58,895 nt of DNA from Patescibacteria group bacterium (GCA_042568575.1 JBHPIO010000008.1:1-58895); one strand, 5' to 3'; shown: positions 28,428-37,429, numbered from the stretch's first letter. Numbers and translations: made by a program. Notes: generated from the sequence alone by a model not told the origin.

Positions 28428-30098
28428 ATGAAAATAAAATTCGATCCGAAGAATCCTCTAGTTTATCGCTTTTTGATAGCGATAGGAGCACTCTGCCTTA
28501 TGGTATCCCTATATCAATTGGGACCATACGTAGTTAAAAGAGGCATTCATTTCCAACCTCAGGAACAAGTTTTAGGCGTAAGAACCGAGAATACTTCTGC
28601 AGTACTCAGATCCGCCCCTGTAACACCAGAAATCACCATTAATGAGGATGGTATTCCGGAGATAACTGTTTATATAGAAGCAGAAGACACATACATAGAT
28701 AATTTCGAAGAATTTGACTTTGAAAAATTCAAAGGGGTTGCTTTGCATCCACATCTAGACGACAACAAAGTAGCAAAAATCATGAACGGTGAAGGCGGAA
28801 ACGAATTCGCTGCCCGTCTTTTAGTTGAAACAAATCCGGAAACTTATTCTGAAGAGGGAGGAAATGCCAGAGTCCTCGGTATGCGAACAGAAAAAAGATC
28901 AACAGATTCACTCATAATCGGGTCGATTATATTTGCAATACTCGGACTTATTGCAATCAGATATCGATACAAAAGATCACAAAGACTTCTAAGCCTGCTT
29001 CTGGCATTATCGCTAATTGGAGGCATGTCAGGATCATATACTGCATACGGACAAAGCCTAAATGCACCTTTAGATTTCTCTGATCAAAACGTGCAAGTTC
29101 GACTTGGCGATGTTATTACATACAAAATTCAATATTTTAATCCCGATCCTTCAAAAAAAGTAAGTGATGTAAAATTCAATTTCCAAATACCAAAAGACAC
29201 CATATATAAGCTACATTCAACAAAAGTTGAACTAGACGACTACGATCCACTCATTCATGTTTTAGATGGATATCCTGTTACAGATGCAAAAGATGGTGAT
29301 GAAGTATATTTCCAAAACGACAGAATGATAATTAACTTAGGTGACGTTCCGGCAAGGACATGGGGAAACATTGTAATTCAAGTGGTTGCAGAAGGTGACA
29401 GTTACACACTTGCAAAAACGATCATGGAACATGACGGAACTCAAGAACGATTACTAACTGTCAAAAATCCAATTTTGAAAAACGACGTTGATAACGACGG
29501 AATTAATGATTTTAATGACTGTGATGCCAATAATGCTGATTCTCTTTTCTGTGATAAATTCACGGGAAACGACGGAATTATAATTGATGACAGAGCGGAT
29601 CTTTTATGGATTGGGGAAGATAAAAATGGCTCAAATAGTTCATATTTATTCACCAATAAAGCCGCGATAAATACTACTGAATCCATTAGAACAAAGCCAC
29701 ATTTCACAAATAACAAAGATGACTATTTACATTTCGAAGCTAAAATCTATAAGGGAAGTTTGTTAGCTTTGGAGGATCGTAAAGAGCAAGTTGGTGTAGG
29801 AATTCATTATGATGGAGTGGATTTGGTAACAGTTGAATCAAATAATTTAAAAGATGATGTTGAAATCAAGGCCGCAAATCAATCAATTACAGCTCATATT
29901 TTTGTTAAAAATAACGAGTCTATAGTCTTTATTGAAGATGCTAATGGCAGTGTTTCCCAAGTAGGGCCTTACGAAAATGATAAATTTGATATCAACAACG
30001 AATGGTATATGTATTTGGACAGCGCAAATTATACTAATGCAACTTTTGATGACATCTCAGTTACAAGAGAGACGGATGCTGTGGTATTAAGCCTTTAA
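28428..30098 (+). CDS. Membrane/surface protein with DUF11-like domain and Ca-binding Asp repeat
   Basis: Three hydrophobic segments; VRLGDVITYKI...N DUF11-like motif; DVDNDGINDFNDC. Confidence 0.75.
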   Translation: MKIKFDPKNPLVYRFLIAIGALCLMVSLYQLGPYVVKRGIHFQPQEQVLGVRTENTSAVLRSAPVTPEITINEDGIPEITVYIEAEDTYIDNFEEFDFEKFKGVALHPHLDDNKVAKIMNGEGGNEFAARLLVETNPETYSEEGGNARVLGMRTEKRSTDSLIIGSIIFAILGLIAIRYRYKRSQRLLSLLLALSLIGGMSGSYTAYGQSLNAPLDFSDQNVQVRLGDVITYKIQYFNPDPSKKVSDVKFNFQIPKDTIYKLHSTKVELDDYDPLIHVLDGYPVTDAKDGDEVYFQNDRMIINLGDVPARTWGNIVIQVVAEGDSYTLAKTIMEHDGTQERLLTVKNPILKNDVDNDGINDFNDCDANNADSLFCDKFTGNDGIIIDDRADLLWIGEDKNGSNSSYLFTNKAAINTTESIRTKPHFTNNKDDYLHFEAKIYKGSLLALEDRKEQVGVGIHYDGVDLVTVESNNLKDDVEIKAANQSITAHIFVKNNESIVFIEDANGSVSQVGPYENDKFDINNEWYMYLDSANYTNATFDDISVTRETDAVVLSL

Positions 30099-30165
30099 GC
30101 CTTGAATTAAATAGAATGGTGCAGTAAAGTTACACTGTTTGAAAATTTTAACTTATGCACCTTTT

Positions 30166-31461
30166 ATGATAGTTCCAATTAGTGATGTCAAAAACCATGT
30201 TGATAAAGAAATAACGGTAAGAGGATGGATGTATAATAAGCGAGGTAGCGGAAAAATCCACTTCTTGCAACTTCGTGACGGCACGGGAATGATTCAAGGA
30301 ATCGTTTTTAAAGACGATGTGACTGACGATGTTTTTGATAAAGGTGAGAAATTAACAATGGAATCTACCGTTTCTGTTACTGGAACAATTACAAAACACC
30401 CAAAGTTTGAGGATGTTTTTGAAATGCAGGTAAAGGATATTGATATTCATCATTTAAATGACGACGAGTATCCGATTTCTAAAAAAGAACATGGACCGGA
30501 CTTCTTATTGAACAACCGCCATTTATGGCTTCGTTCAAGCAAACAATGGGCGATCCAGAGAGTTAGAAATACTATTATTAATGCAACATACGAATACCTG
30601 AACAAGGAAGGATTTATTAAGATTGATTCACCAATTTTGACTCCTAATGCGTGTGAAGGAACTACAGAACTATTTGAAATTGATTATTTTGATGAAGGAA
30701 AAGCATACCTTTCTCAGTCAGGGCAGCTTTATTTAGAGGCAGCAATATTTAGTGTTGGCAGATGTTTTGATTTCGGTCCGGTTTTCCGTGCAGAAAAGTC
30801 GAAAACACGCCGCCATCTAACGGAATTCTGGATGATGGATGCGGAGGCTGCTTTTGTTGAGCACGAAGAAAATATTAAAATTCAAGAAGAGTTGGTTACA
30901 TTTATTGTAGAGCAAGTTCTTGAAAAGAACGCAACTGAATTGAAGGTTTTAGAAAGAGACATTGAACCTTTGAAAAAGATCAAGCCGCCGTTTATTCGAA
31001 AGACGCATGCGGAGGTTGTGGCAGAGCTGCGAGAGATGGGTTCTGATATTGAGGAAAATCACGATTTAGGCGGCGATGATGAAACAATTCTAACTAAAAA
31101 ATATGATAAACCTATTTTCGTTGAAAAATACCCTGCGGAAGTTAAGGCATTCTACATGAAACGCGATCCAGAAGACGATTCTCGCGCTTTGTGCTGTGAC
31201 CTTCTTGCACCTGAAGGATATGGAGAAATTATCGGTGGAAGCCAACGTGAAGACGATTACGAAGTATTATTGGGAAGAATTAAAGAGCACAAGCTGCCAC
31301 TTGAGGCATTCCAATGGTATTTAGATCTGCGAAAATACGGATCAGTTCCACACAGCGGATTCGGATATGGACTCGAAAGGCTAACTGGTTGGATTTGCGG
31401 GACAAAGCACATCCGCGAAACTATACCGTTTCCAAGAATGATTTCAAGAATCACGCCTTAA
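30166..31461 (+). CDS. asnS: Asparagine--tRNA ligase
   Basis: RGW..NKRGSGKIHFLQLRDGTG, YLSQSGQLY, FRAEKSKTRRHLTEFWM, GEIIGGSQRE, PHSGFGYGLER; start set at ATG 30166. Confidence 0.97.
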   Translation: MIVPISDVKNHVDKEITVRGWMYNKRGSGKIHFLQLRDGTGMIQGIVFKDDVTDDVFDKGEKLTMESTVSVTGTITKHPKFEDVFEMQVKDIDIHHLNDDEYPISKKEHGPDFLLNNRHLWLRSSKQWAIQRVRNTIINATYEYLNKEGFIKIDSPILTPNACEGTTELFEIDYFDEGKAYLSQSGQLYLEAAIFSVGRCFDFGPVFRAEKSKTRRHLTEFWMMDAEAAFVEHEENIKIQEELVTFIVEQVLEKNATELKVLERDIEPLKKIKPPFIRKTHAEVVAELREMGSDIEENHDLGGDDETILTKKYDKPIFVEKYPAEVKAFYMKRDPEDDSRALCCDLLAPEGYGEIIGGSQREDDYEVLLGRIKEHKLPLEAFQWYLDLRKYGSVPHSGFGYGLERLTGWICGTKHIRETIPFPRMISRITP

Positions 31462-32629
31462 TTATCCTACGAATAGTTGGAGCAATATTAATCCAAAGCA
31501 CATAAGGAATTGTTTTGCTTGTATCAGCCATCCATCTGATGCAGTTTTTCTTTGAACGATCATTCCCAACCACCTCAATAGGATCCCATTTTTTCGGACT
31601 CTTAACATTAGAAAGATCAACCACGGTTAGATTCATACAGACACGTCCAAGAATTTTGCATGGTTTATTTTTGAAATATAAATACCCTTTATCACTTAAA
31701 CGCCTATCGATTCCTTCGTAATATCCGGCAGGAACAATGCCGATTTTCATTTTTTTTGGAGCAATAAAAGTGCAGCCATAACTCACACAGTCCCCTTTTT
31801 CTAAATCTTTTATGTCTATGATTGTTGATTGAAAAGTCATCACTGGTTTTAGTTTTTCAAAATGATGCTTTTTGAAATGTTTGTCTTTTGTATCTAAAGA
31901 CGATTCACCGTAAATACCAAGACCCAATCGAACCATGTTGAATTCTTTTGTGAAAACTTTGCCTGCTCCGGCTGTAGCAGAGATGTGCTTCCACTTAGGT
32001 TTAAGATCTAGTTTTTCCGCTATTTTAAGGACCTTTTTAAACTTCTTAACTTGCTCCTGAGTAAAATTATTCTTATTTCCATTATCCGCATCCGCCAAAT
32101 GAGTACAAATCCCTTCAAGTTCAAGATTCTTATAAGTTTTAATAAGTCTTAGTATTTCTTCCACATCATCAAATGGAACACCCTGACGGTGCATCCCTGT
32201 ATCAACTTTTAAATGAACTTTAATTTTTCTACGCAATTTCCCAAGGGCGATAACCGTCTCTTTATCCATCATTGTCACAGCAACATCTTTAAACTTCATA
32301 TATTTGTAATTCTTCGGATGAGTGTAGCCAATAATAAGGCTCGGCGTTTTCACACCCGCCTTCTGGAGCTCAAAGGCTTCATAAAAACTATCCACAACAA
32401 AATATGGAGGATCCAGTGGATCAAGCATTTTCGCAATCTCAATTAGCCCATGTCCATATGCATTACTCTTTAAAACCGGGCAAATTTTGGCTTCTTTGTG
32501 CAGTTTCTTAAAATACCGATAGTTATATCGAAGTGCATTTTTGGAGAGCGTGATTGTATTCAAAACCCTCAGTTTGCGACTCATCTTCCTCCTTAGCCGT
32601 TGCTGATAATAGAAAAATTTTGCAAGCAT
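31451..32629 (-). CDS. alr: Alanine racemase
   Basis: VLKSNAYGHG (PLP Lys), HLKVDTGMHRQG, VSYG, GRVCMN. Confidence 0.96.
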   Translation of the reverse strand: MLAKFFYYQQRLRRKMSRKLRVLNTITLSKNALRYNYRYFKKLHKEAKICPVLKSNAYGHGLIEIAKMLDPLDPPYFVVDSFYEAFELQKAGVKTPSLIIGYTHPKNYKYMKFKDVAVTMMDKETVIALGKLRRKIKVHLKVDTGMHRQGVPFDDVEEILRLIKTYKNLELEGICTHLADADNGNKNNFTQEQVKKFKKVLKIAEKLDLKPKWKHISATAGAGKVFTKEFNMVRLGLGIYGESSLDTKDKHFKKHHFEKLKPVMTFQSTIIDIKDLEKGDCVSYGCTFIAPKKMKIGIVPAGYYEGIDRRLSDKGYLYFKNKPCKILGRVCMNLTVVDLSNVKSPKKWDPIEVVGNDRSKKNCIRWMADTSKTIPYVLWINIAPTIRRIIKA

Positions 32630-32671
32630 GCCCTTATTAAACCGTATCCTGCTTCCGAAGGCAAATGTATA

Positions 32672-34288
32672 TTATGAGACATCACCGTTCGCTTCGTCAG
32701 ATACTTCTTCAGGCACATCTGCCTCAATTGTGATTTCTTGCGCAGGCTCTTTTTTCTGTGGACTAATGTCAATCAATTCCAAAACACAATCAGCCGATAT
32801 CCGAAATGATTTTCTATTTGTGGTTATACTATCAATAGACACACCCATTGGTTTTCCAACATTAAAGCAAATTCCATCCTCACTCTTTATTCCTTCTCTT
32901 GGTATACAAATAACAATTTCTACATTCCCTTCTTCGGATGACTGAAACGACAAATCTCCATGCATCTCCTGGACATATTTTCTAGAAACATATGCCCCTA
33001 ACCCTCTATGATCACTCCCATCATCTCCATTTACCTGTACCGAAACACCTCTTTGCGTTAGAAAATCTGTTAAAGCTTCAGTTGATTGAACAGTTCCCAT
33101 GGATTGCCTCTGAATCTCTTCCATATTATATGGAGCACCCTTATCCGCTATAACTATAGTCACAACTTCCTCACCATCTACTACTTCATTTATAGCTTTA
33201 AGACTAAGGTATGGTTCTTCACTATCACGAAACTCTTGCAGGGTTTCTAGAGAGACTTTCTCATGCTCCAAAGCGCCTTTCGCTAGTTCCAAGCAAAGCT
33301 GTATTAACTTATGACGATTAACATTAAGAATTCTTACATCTGGATCACAATCAATATCAATTGGTAAATCCTTCATATCATCATGATCTTGAGAGACTCT
33401 TGAATTCAATAGTGCTTCAACTTTGAACAATGTTTCCATGACATTTGCCTCACCTACTTCACACACACCCAATAACTCTTGTTGATATCCTGTTAAAATT
33501 TCACAAAACGCATCAAGAGCACGAAGTTGATGCTGAATTGAGTGTAAATCTACCGGAGGATCATCAACGTAGGCCAACTCACCATTTGGTAAAACAATCT
33601 TCTTGAGGAAATCTTCAAATATTGTTGCAATACTAAAAATATTACGTAATGCATGCCCAAAACGTCGTGACATAGTCACAAGTTGTCTCCACTCATCACT
33701 TTCAAGATCAGCCTCATCAAATGGTGGCGGATATTTCTCCTGCTCATCACTTCCTGATGGAACACTTTGAAGCACAAAAGATTTTAGAATATTCCTTAAA
33801 CTTATCATTGAATTAATACTTTCTTCTAGCCTTTTAAATGCGTCACCACCAATACGCTGCATTTCCAATCTCATCATATCAATACTCACATTTTTAGGGC
33901 CATCCATCTCACCTGATTGAATTACATTTAAAAGTGCTTTTAACTCCATATCTTCAAAACCCTCTTTAATTGATTCGATTGTATGGGCTGCAGTATAACG
34001 AAAAAGTCGAGTTAAGAATGCTTTCCTATCTTCTGGATCTGAATACTGTTTCGGAATTTCACTCTGTAAATGCAAATATGCAAATGATATTCTCCCTGCT
34101 AAATCACTACGTTTCAAAAATTCAGTTTGTACATGCCTTCTGGAATTCTTTAAGCATTTAATTTTCTCATGTATACTTGCCTCCCCTTCACCTAAATGAA
34201 GGATAGCTTCTGCCTCAAGAAACGCCTTAAACATAGGGCGATCGTCTATTTCAGTATATTCTTTTTGTGTAGGTTCTTGTTCTGACAT
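32672..34288 (-). CDS. Orphan, degenerate histidine-kinase-like protein
   Basis: FGHALRN H-box-like, IADKG G1, HRGLGAYVSRKYVQEMHG G2; N-box Asn missing. Confidence 0.65.
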   Translation of the reverse strand: MSEQEPTQKEYTEIDDRPMFKAFLEAEAILHLGEGEASIHEKIKCLKNSRRHVQTEFLKRSDLAGRISFAYLHLQSEIPKQYSDPEDRKAFLTRLFRYTAAHTIESIKEGFEDMELKALLNVIQSGEMDGPKNVSIDMMRLEMQRIGGDAFKRLEESINSMISLRNILKSFVLQSVPSGSDEQEKYPPPFDEADLESDEWRQLVTMSRRFGHALRNIFSIATIFEDFLKKIVLPNGELAYVDDPPVDLHSIQHQLRALDAFCEILTGYQQELLGVCEVGEANVMETLFKVEALLNSRVSQDHDDMKDLPIDIDCDPDVRILNVNRHKLIQLCLELAKGALEHEKVSLETLQEFRDSEEPYLSLKAINEVVDGEEVVTIVIADKGAPYNMEEIQRQSMGTVQSTEALTDFLTQRGVSVQVNGDDGSDHRGLGAYVSRKYVQEMHGDLSFQSSEEGNVEIVICIPREGIKSEDGICFNVGKPMGVSIDSITTNRKSFRISADCVLELIDISPQKKEPAQEITIEADVPEEVSDEANGDVS

Positions 34289-34311
34289 TAAATAAGATTA
34301 GCAAGGCAGAT

Positions 34312-34339
34312 ATACTACTCCTTATTTAAATTTTGTCAA
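34312..34339 (-). promoter_or_regulatory. Sigma70-type promoter for the orphan kinase gene
   Basis: TTGACA-16-TAGTAT on the minus strand. Confidence 0.5.
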
Positions 34340-34352
34340 CTTATGGACGCGA

Positions 34353-34832
34353 TCACATCTCTTCAATTCTCATCTCATTCCCGCACCATTTAATGAACTT
34401 TTCAAAATCATCACGAGAAATTTCTAATGTAGCCGTATTTACGTTTGGGTGGAAATTCAAAGTATCATGATTCCAGACTTCTTTGTCTACCACCACTACC
34501 ACATCATGACTTTCGTTATTAATAAGGCCAAAAGGAGACACTGCACCCGGGGTAAGTCCTAAGTGTTTTTGCAATCGTTCCTCTGATGCAAAACTCAATT
34601 TAGATTCATTCAAAATTTTTGCCAATGTTTTTAGATCTGCCCTTTTCGAACTCAACATTATTAGCAAATAATGCTTATTCCCTTTTTTATTTCTTAGAAA
34701 AAGATGCTTACTACTTGCACCTTTGAGTTTTATACGCAAATTATCAGCCTCCTCACATGTGTAGACTGGTGGATGCTCGTGTTTCGTGTATTTCACACCT
34801 ATTTTATCGAGAATTTCGTAAAGATCTTTCAT
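34353..34832 (-). CDS. YbaK/ProX-family (ProXp-ala-like) tRNA editing protein
   Basis: HPPVYTCEEA, KHLFLRNKK, LSFASEERL, PGAVSPFGL, FHPNVNTAT. Confidence 0.92.
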   Translation of the reverse strand: MKDLYEILDKIGVKYTKHEHPPVYTCEEADNLRIKLKGASSKHLFLRNKKGNKHYLLIMLSSKRADLKTLAKILNESKLSFASEERLQKHLGLTPGAVSPFGLINNESHDVVVVVDKEVWNHDTLNFHPNVNTATLEISRDDFEKFIKWCGNEMRIEEM

Positions 34833-34884
34833 ATTTGCATCTTATCATAGTAGAATGGCTACACATATTACTAATCTAATCATT

Positions 34885-35106
34885 ATGAATGCAGTCATCG
34901 CCGGAATAGTTGGATTCCTAGTAGTTATTTTTGTTCTTGGACTTATCTTTGCAATTCCAACATGGCTTCTTTGGAATTGGTTAATGCCTGTTATTTTTGG
35001 ACTCCCAGCTATTAGTTTACTACAAGCTTTGGGATTAAATTTGCTTGCAGGATTTCTATTCAAAAGCTCAACTAAGGTTGAAAAGTTTTCTTCACGATGG
35101 GATTAA
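34885..35106 (+). CDS. Small membrane protein
   Basis: Hydrophobic, LWNWLMPVIFGLPAIS..QALGL; start ATG 34885 preferred (alternative 34855). Confidence 0.7.
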   Translation: MNAVIAGIVGFLVVIFVLGLIFAIPTWLLWNWLMPVIFGLPAISLLQALGLNLLAGFLFKSSTKVEKFSSRWD

Positions 35107-35131
35107 TTATTTCCTGTAACGATACGCACAA

Positions 35132-36478
35132 ATGAAACGAAATCTTACCGAAGGATCGATTGTTAAAGCACTACTTGCTCTGGCACTTCCGATCATACTC
35201 GCAAACATTTTCCACACTGTTTATCAGTTAACTGATACTTTTTGGGTTGGAAGACTTGGCGCAGAGGCAGTGGCTGCAGTTAGCTTGAGTTTCCCTATTA
35301 TTTTTTTATTGATTTCACTTGGGGCGGGTTTAGCTATTGCTGGATCTATCCTTGTTGCTCAATACAAAGGAAAAGTCAATCAAGGAAAGATTGATTATGT
35401 TACTGCACAAACTCTCGCCTTGATGACTTTTATCTCATTGATTCTAGCTGTTTTTGGTTATGCAATTTCTTCACTCTTTATTGAGTCTATGAATCAAGAA
35501 CCAATGGTTGCTAGAGACGCAATTTTGTACATGAGGATTTCTTTTATTGGTGTGCCGTTTATGTTTCTATTTTTTGTATTCCAGGCAGTTATGAGGGGAA
35601 TTGGAGATGTCAAAATCCCGCTTTATATAGTTATCACTACCGTTTTATTGAATTTCATTTTGGATCCTCTATTCATATTAGGATGGGGGCCAATTCCTGC
35701 ATATGGAGTTTTGGGTGCTGCCGTATCAACGGTGAGCACTGAAGCGCTATCAGCAATCATCGGGATAACACTTCTTCTCCGTGGGAATAGAGGAATTCAT
35801 TTACGATTAAAAAACTTGAAACCAGATTTTTCTCTTATAAAAAAGATGTTCAAACTTGGGTTCCCTGCTTCTATTGAACAAAGCACAAGATCATTTAGTA
35901 TGGTTGTTATGACATTCCTTGTAGCAACTTTTGGGACTTCTATTGTCGCCTCTTACGGACTGGCAACACGAATCTGGAGTTTCATCATAATTCCCGCTAT
36001 TGGGCTTGCAATGGCCACATCTACATTGGTGGGGCAGAACATGGGCGCGGGAAAAATTGAACGAGCAAATCAAACAATGAAACAAAGTGTGAAAATTGGA
36101 TTTTTCGCATTAACAATAGTTGGAATTTTATTCTTCATTTTTGCTGAACCAATTTCAGCTGCTTTTGTTCCAGGAGAGGAAGCAGTTATCGCCGAAAGCA
36201 CGTTATTTTTAAGAATACTGTCGTTAACATTTGGATTTGTGGGCATGCAAATGGGAATAATTGGAACTTTGAGAGGATCGGGCAATACGAAAACCGCAAT
36301 GAATCTTTCGATTTTCGTCCTGGTTGTAATGCTTTCTATCGCATACATACTTTCAAAACACACATCGCTTGAACATCTTGGGATATGGATTGCTTATCCA
36401 ATATCCAATGTTGCTGGTGCACTTGCAGGACTCTATTTTATTGTGAGAGGCAAGTGGAAAGAAAAGGAAATTACATAA
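35132..36478 (+). CDS. MATE-family efflux transporter
   Basis: LTEGSI..LALP, DTFWVGRLG, RGIGD, NFILDPLFI, VGQNMGAG; about 12 TM. Confidence 0.95.
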   Translation: MKRNLTEGSIVKALLALALPIILANIFHTVYQLTDTFWVGRLGAEAVAAVSLSFPIIFLLISLGAGLAIAGSILVAQYKGKVNQGKIDYVTAQTLALMTFISLILAVFGYAISSLFIESMNQEPMVARDAILYMRISFIGVPFMFLFFVFQAVMRGIGDVKIPLYIVITTVLLNFILDPLFILGWGPIPAYGVLGAAVSTVSTEALSAIIGITLLLRGNRGIHLRLKNLKPDFSLIKKMFKLGFPASIEQSTRSFSMVVMTFLVATFGTSIVASYGLATRIWSFIIIPAIGLAMATSTLVGQNMGAGKIERANQTMKQSVKIGFFALTIVGILFFIFAEPISAAFVPGEEAVIAESTLFLRILSLTFGFVGMQMGIIGTLRGSGNTKTAMNLSIFVLVVMLSIAYILSKHTSLEHLGIWIAYPISNVAGALAGLYFIVRGKWKEKEIT

Positions 36479-36488
36479 CAGTTTTTAC

Positions 36489-36517
36489 TTGACTTTTTTA
36501 AGCTTCGATGTCATAAT
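36489..36517 (+). promoter_or_regulatory. Sigma70-type promoter with extended -10 driving the structured cassette
   Basis: TTGACT-17-CATAAT with TG at 36509-36510. Confidence 0.7.
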
Positions 36518-36539
36518 TCTATCCTTTTTATAAGGATTA

Positions 36540-36552
36540 TGTTCTTTGATAA
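36540..36552 (+). promoter_or_regulatory. boxA-like antitermination element
   Basis: TGTTCTTTGATAA resembles the rrn boxA (TGCTCTTTAACA / GTTCTTTGAAAA) and lies just after the predicted start site. Confidence 0.45.
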
Positions 36553-36718
36553 ATATGATTCATTTCTAATAACCATCAGCTTGGCTTTGCCAATGCTAGA
36601 GGTTTGAAATAGCAATCATATAATAATATCCTGCCAGCTAAGGCATTCCTGTTAGTCACCTGTTTATGAAAGTCTCATAGTCGGATTACTAACAGGAAAC
36701 CAACAAAGGAGGCAACTC

Positions 36719-36916
36719 ATGTTCTGGCTCATAGTAACTGGCCTCGCAGTGGCAGCCATCGCTGCCAACGTACTTCTCATCGTCCGGATGATCAAGTACC
36801 GCGAAGTGAAAATGACGTGGCTCAAGTACGTGTACGTGGCGTCGTTCTCGTACGCAATCAGCATCGTGCTGCAAAGAGGGGCAGCGTTCTGGAACTACAT
36901 AACGTCCCTTTTCTAG
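36719..36916 (+). CDS. 65-aa hydrophobic (1-2 TM) peptide with perfect SD and atypical codon usage
   Basis: AAGGAGG at 36706-36712, 6 nt before ATG; 49 of 65 sense codons end in G/C. Confidence 0.75.
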   Translation: MFWLIVTGLAVAAIAANVLLIVRMIKYREVKMTWLKYVYVASFSYAISIVLQRGAAFWNYITSLF

Positions 36917-36997
36917 GGGCAGGATATTAACCCGTCGAGGCAACTCGACACTACCGGCGGCGGCGAGGATTCACATTCTCGTCGTCGCCAAAGATTT

Positions 36998-37429
36998 TTA
37001 TTCAGAATAACAGTCTTCAGTCATATCAGCAGGGAAGTTGTATGGCTCTATTTCGACGCATGTGTATGCACCATGGCCATCAACCACAATCACCCATTTT
37101 CCTTCCACTTTTGCTACTAAAAATATTCCACCATCACCAATCGCTTCACCTAACACAACTGCGCCACGCATGTGATTTTCACTTTCATGAGTTGGTGAAA
37201 CAGTTATTGATTCAACATCTTTATCGTATTTTTCTGCAAATGCAGCTTGGACTTCTAAAACACTTATGGATATTAGATCAGTTTCAACTTCAGGAGTATC
37301 AACAACCTGTTCTTGAACAGCTTCAACTGGTTCTGCATAGCTTTCGCCAGTTTCTTCCATACATCCGGTCATAGCAAAAAGCGAAACTAAAATAATAACA
37401 CCTGAAAGGAGTGACAATTTAGCTTTCAT
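36998..37429 (-). CDS. Lipoprotein of unknown function
   Basis: Signal peptide with lipobox-like AMTGC; C-terminal Cys pair. Confidence 0.75.
   Translation of the reverse strand: MKAKLSLLSGVIILVSLFAMTGCMEETGESYAEPVEAVQEQVVDTPEVETDLISISVLEVQAAFAEKYDKDVESITVSPTHESENHMRGAVVLGEAIGDGGIFLVAKVEGKWVIVVDGHGAYTCVEIEPYNFPADMTEDCYSE

Larger units (their letters stand above)
36521..36990 (+). ncRNA. Highly structured transcript enclosing a small ORF (unassigned family)
   Basis: Helices: 36553-36621 hairpin; 36624-36635/36918-36929 (12 bp perfect); 36646-36656/36688-36698 (11 bp perfect); 36934-36949 GCAA tetraloop; 36956-36989 (15 bp, G-U pairs only on + strand). Confidence 0.65.

Noticed and set aside
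36664-36943. Minus-strand ORFs 36689-36943 and 36664-36864 as the coding sequences of the cassette
   Set aside because: They are shadows of the GC-rich + strand ORF; SD, promoter, codon bias and G-U pairing all favour the + strand
36521-36990. tmRNA, RNase P, SRP or riboswitch identity for the structured region
   Set aside because: No tRNA-like T arm or Ala acceptor stem, no RNase P P4 consensus, no SRP domain IV loop, no recognisable aptamer
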